A model generated the notes under the pieces. That model had not been told where the DNA came from. It did no database searches and worked only from the letters and a program-made list of their open reading frames with translations. The translations under genes and the position numbers were made by a program. From contig JBBQFV010000003.1 in the NCBI GenBank assembly GCA_038322405.1, positions 1 to 36,774 on the forward strand: a stretch of 36,774 bases of DNA, given 5' to 3'. Below, piece after piece: positions 35,795-36,774 of the stretch (the first letter of the stretch is position 1; each line of letters starts with the position of its first letter). This stretch comes from Patescibacteria group bacterium. GTDB taxonomy: Bacteria; Patescibacteriota; UBA1384; CAILIB01.

Positions 35795-36715
35795 TTAGTT
35801 CTCCTCTAGGGCGGCGGCGCCTGAGGTGATTTCGGCGAGCTCTTGGGTAATGCTGCTTTGCCGAACGCTGTTATAGGTGAGTTGGAGGTGGCTCATAATG
35901 TCGTTGGCGTTGTCGGTCGCGTTGCGCATGGCCAGGCGGCGGGCAGCATGTTCGGAGGATATGGATTCTTGCAGGTATTGGAACAGGATAGTCTCGAGGT
36001 AGCGGGGAATGAGCGAGTTGAGCACTGTCTGGGGCGTTGGTTCGTAGAGGAACAGGTGCTCGTCTCGTTGTTCGGCAGCCCGCTCGCGGGCGATGTAGTG
36101 GGCATCGCCTACGGTTTGAATTTCAAATTCTGCGGCGCTGAGCGGCAAAAAGCGAGTGAAGTGAATTTCTTGGCGGAAGGCTGAAACAAATTTAGTGCTC
36201 AGAATTTGCACTTGGTCGCAGTCGCCGTTCACGTATATGGCGGCCAATGAGCGCGCCAAGGGAAGCACGTCGCCCGCCACGGGGTGACTTTGGGCATGCC
36301 CGTAACTCTGGATAATTTTTACTCCGTGACGGGTGAGCGCTTGCTCAGCTTTGCGGCCAAAGGTTATACATACTACTTGACGTCCGGCTTCGTGTTCGCT
36401 GCGCACATAATCAATTGCATGCTTCACAATGTTGGTATTGTAAGCGCCAGCCAGCCCGCGGTCAGAGGCAATTACTACCAGGACGGTAGTCTTGATTGGG
36501 CGGGAAACGAGGAGCGGGTGCTGGGCTACGTGATCGGGAGTAATGAGGGCGTCGCGTAGGGCCTCGGCAATGCGTAGGGCGTACGGGCGGCTGGCCACGG
36601 TGGCCTCGGTGGAACGTCGCAATTTCGATGCCGAAACCAACTCCATCGCCTTGGTAATTTGGCGAGTGGAGCGGACGGAGCGAATGTGGCGGCGAAGTTC
36701 CCGGGTAGAGGCCAT
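35795..36715 (-). CDS. atpG: F1 ATP synthase gamma subunit
   Basis: QITKAMELVS, SDRGLAG, AM..ATDNA, RQSSITQELAEI. Confidence 0.98.
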   Translation of the reverse strand: MASTRELRRHIRSVRSTRQITKAMELVSASKLRRSTEATVASRPYALRIAEALRDALITPDHVAQHPLLVSRPIKTTVLVVIASDRGLAGAYNTNIVKHAIDYVRSEHEAGRQVVCITFGRKAEQALTRHGVKIIQSYGHAQSHPVAGDVLPLARSLAAIYVNGDCDQVQILSTKFVSAFRQEIHFTRFLPLSAAEFEIQTVGDAHYIARERAAEQRDEHLFLYEPTPQTVLNSLIPRYLETILFQYLQESISSEHAARRLAMRNATDNANDIMSHLQLTYNSVRQSSITQELAEITSGAAALEEN

Positions 36716-36774
36716 TACTTTTTGGCTTTAAAGGCTTTAATGGTCTTTTCCATGGCGGTTTTCACCTTTTCTTC
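36715..36774 (-). CDS. atpA: C-terminal end of F1 alpha subunit (partial)
   Basis: Open frame EEKVKTAMEKTIKAFKAKK* with TAATG overlap into atpG; identity inferred from operon order. Confidence 0.75.
   Translation of the reverse strand, partial: EEKVKTAMEKTIKAFKAKK

Overview
Gene-dense core-genome window. The lineage is inferred to be Patescibacteria/CPR from a short MurF, a PP2C-like/beta-propeller membrane protein and near-absence of Shine-Dalgarno sites; this is not verified. It carries a reduced dcw cluster (mraZ, ftsL-like, ftsI, murF, mraY, murD, ftsW, murG, murC, two divergent murB copies, ftsQ) running into recJ-radA. Then come a class A PBP, tyrS-argS, several orphan ORFs, tRNA-Pro(GGG), an EamA transporter, type II NADH dehydrogenase, a DEAD-box helicase, a clusterless MutY-like glycosylase, a truncated photolyase-related protein and the distal F-type ATP synthase operon (atpA end, atpG, atpD, atpC). 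The most interesting signals are non-coding: (i) an unrecognised ~270-nt structured RNA with its own promoter and terminator and a possible antiterminator upstream of the EamA gene; (ii) a compact ~127-nt 6S-like RNA; (iii) two perfect, interleaved (A-B-A'-B') inverted repeats upstream of the dcw promoter; (iv) a tRNA trailer antisense to the tRNA's own 3' half; (v) a 49-aa membrane protein gene missed by the ORF track; and (vi) a recurring leaderless-promoter signature on core genes, contrasting with perfect SD sites on two orphan genes. All structures were paired by eye and no database search was run.
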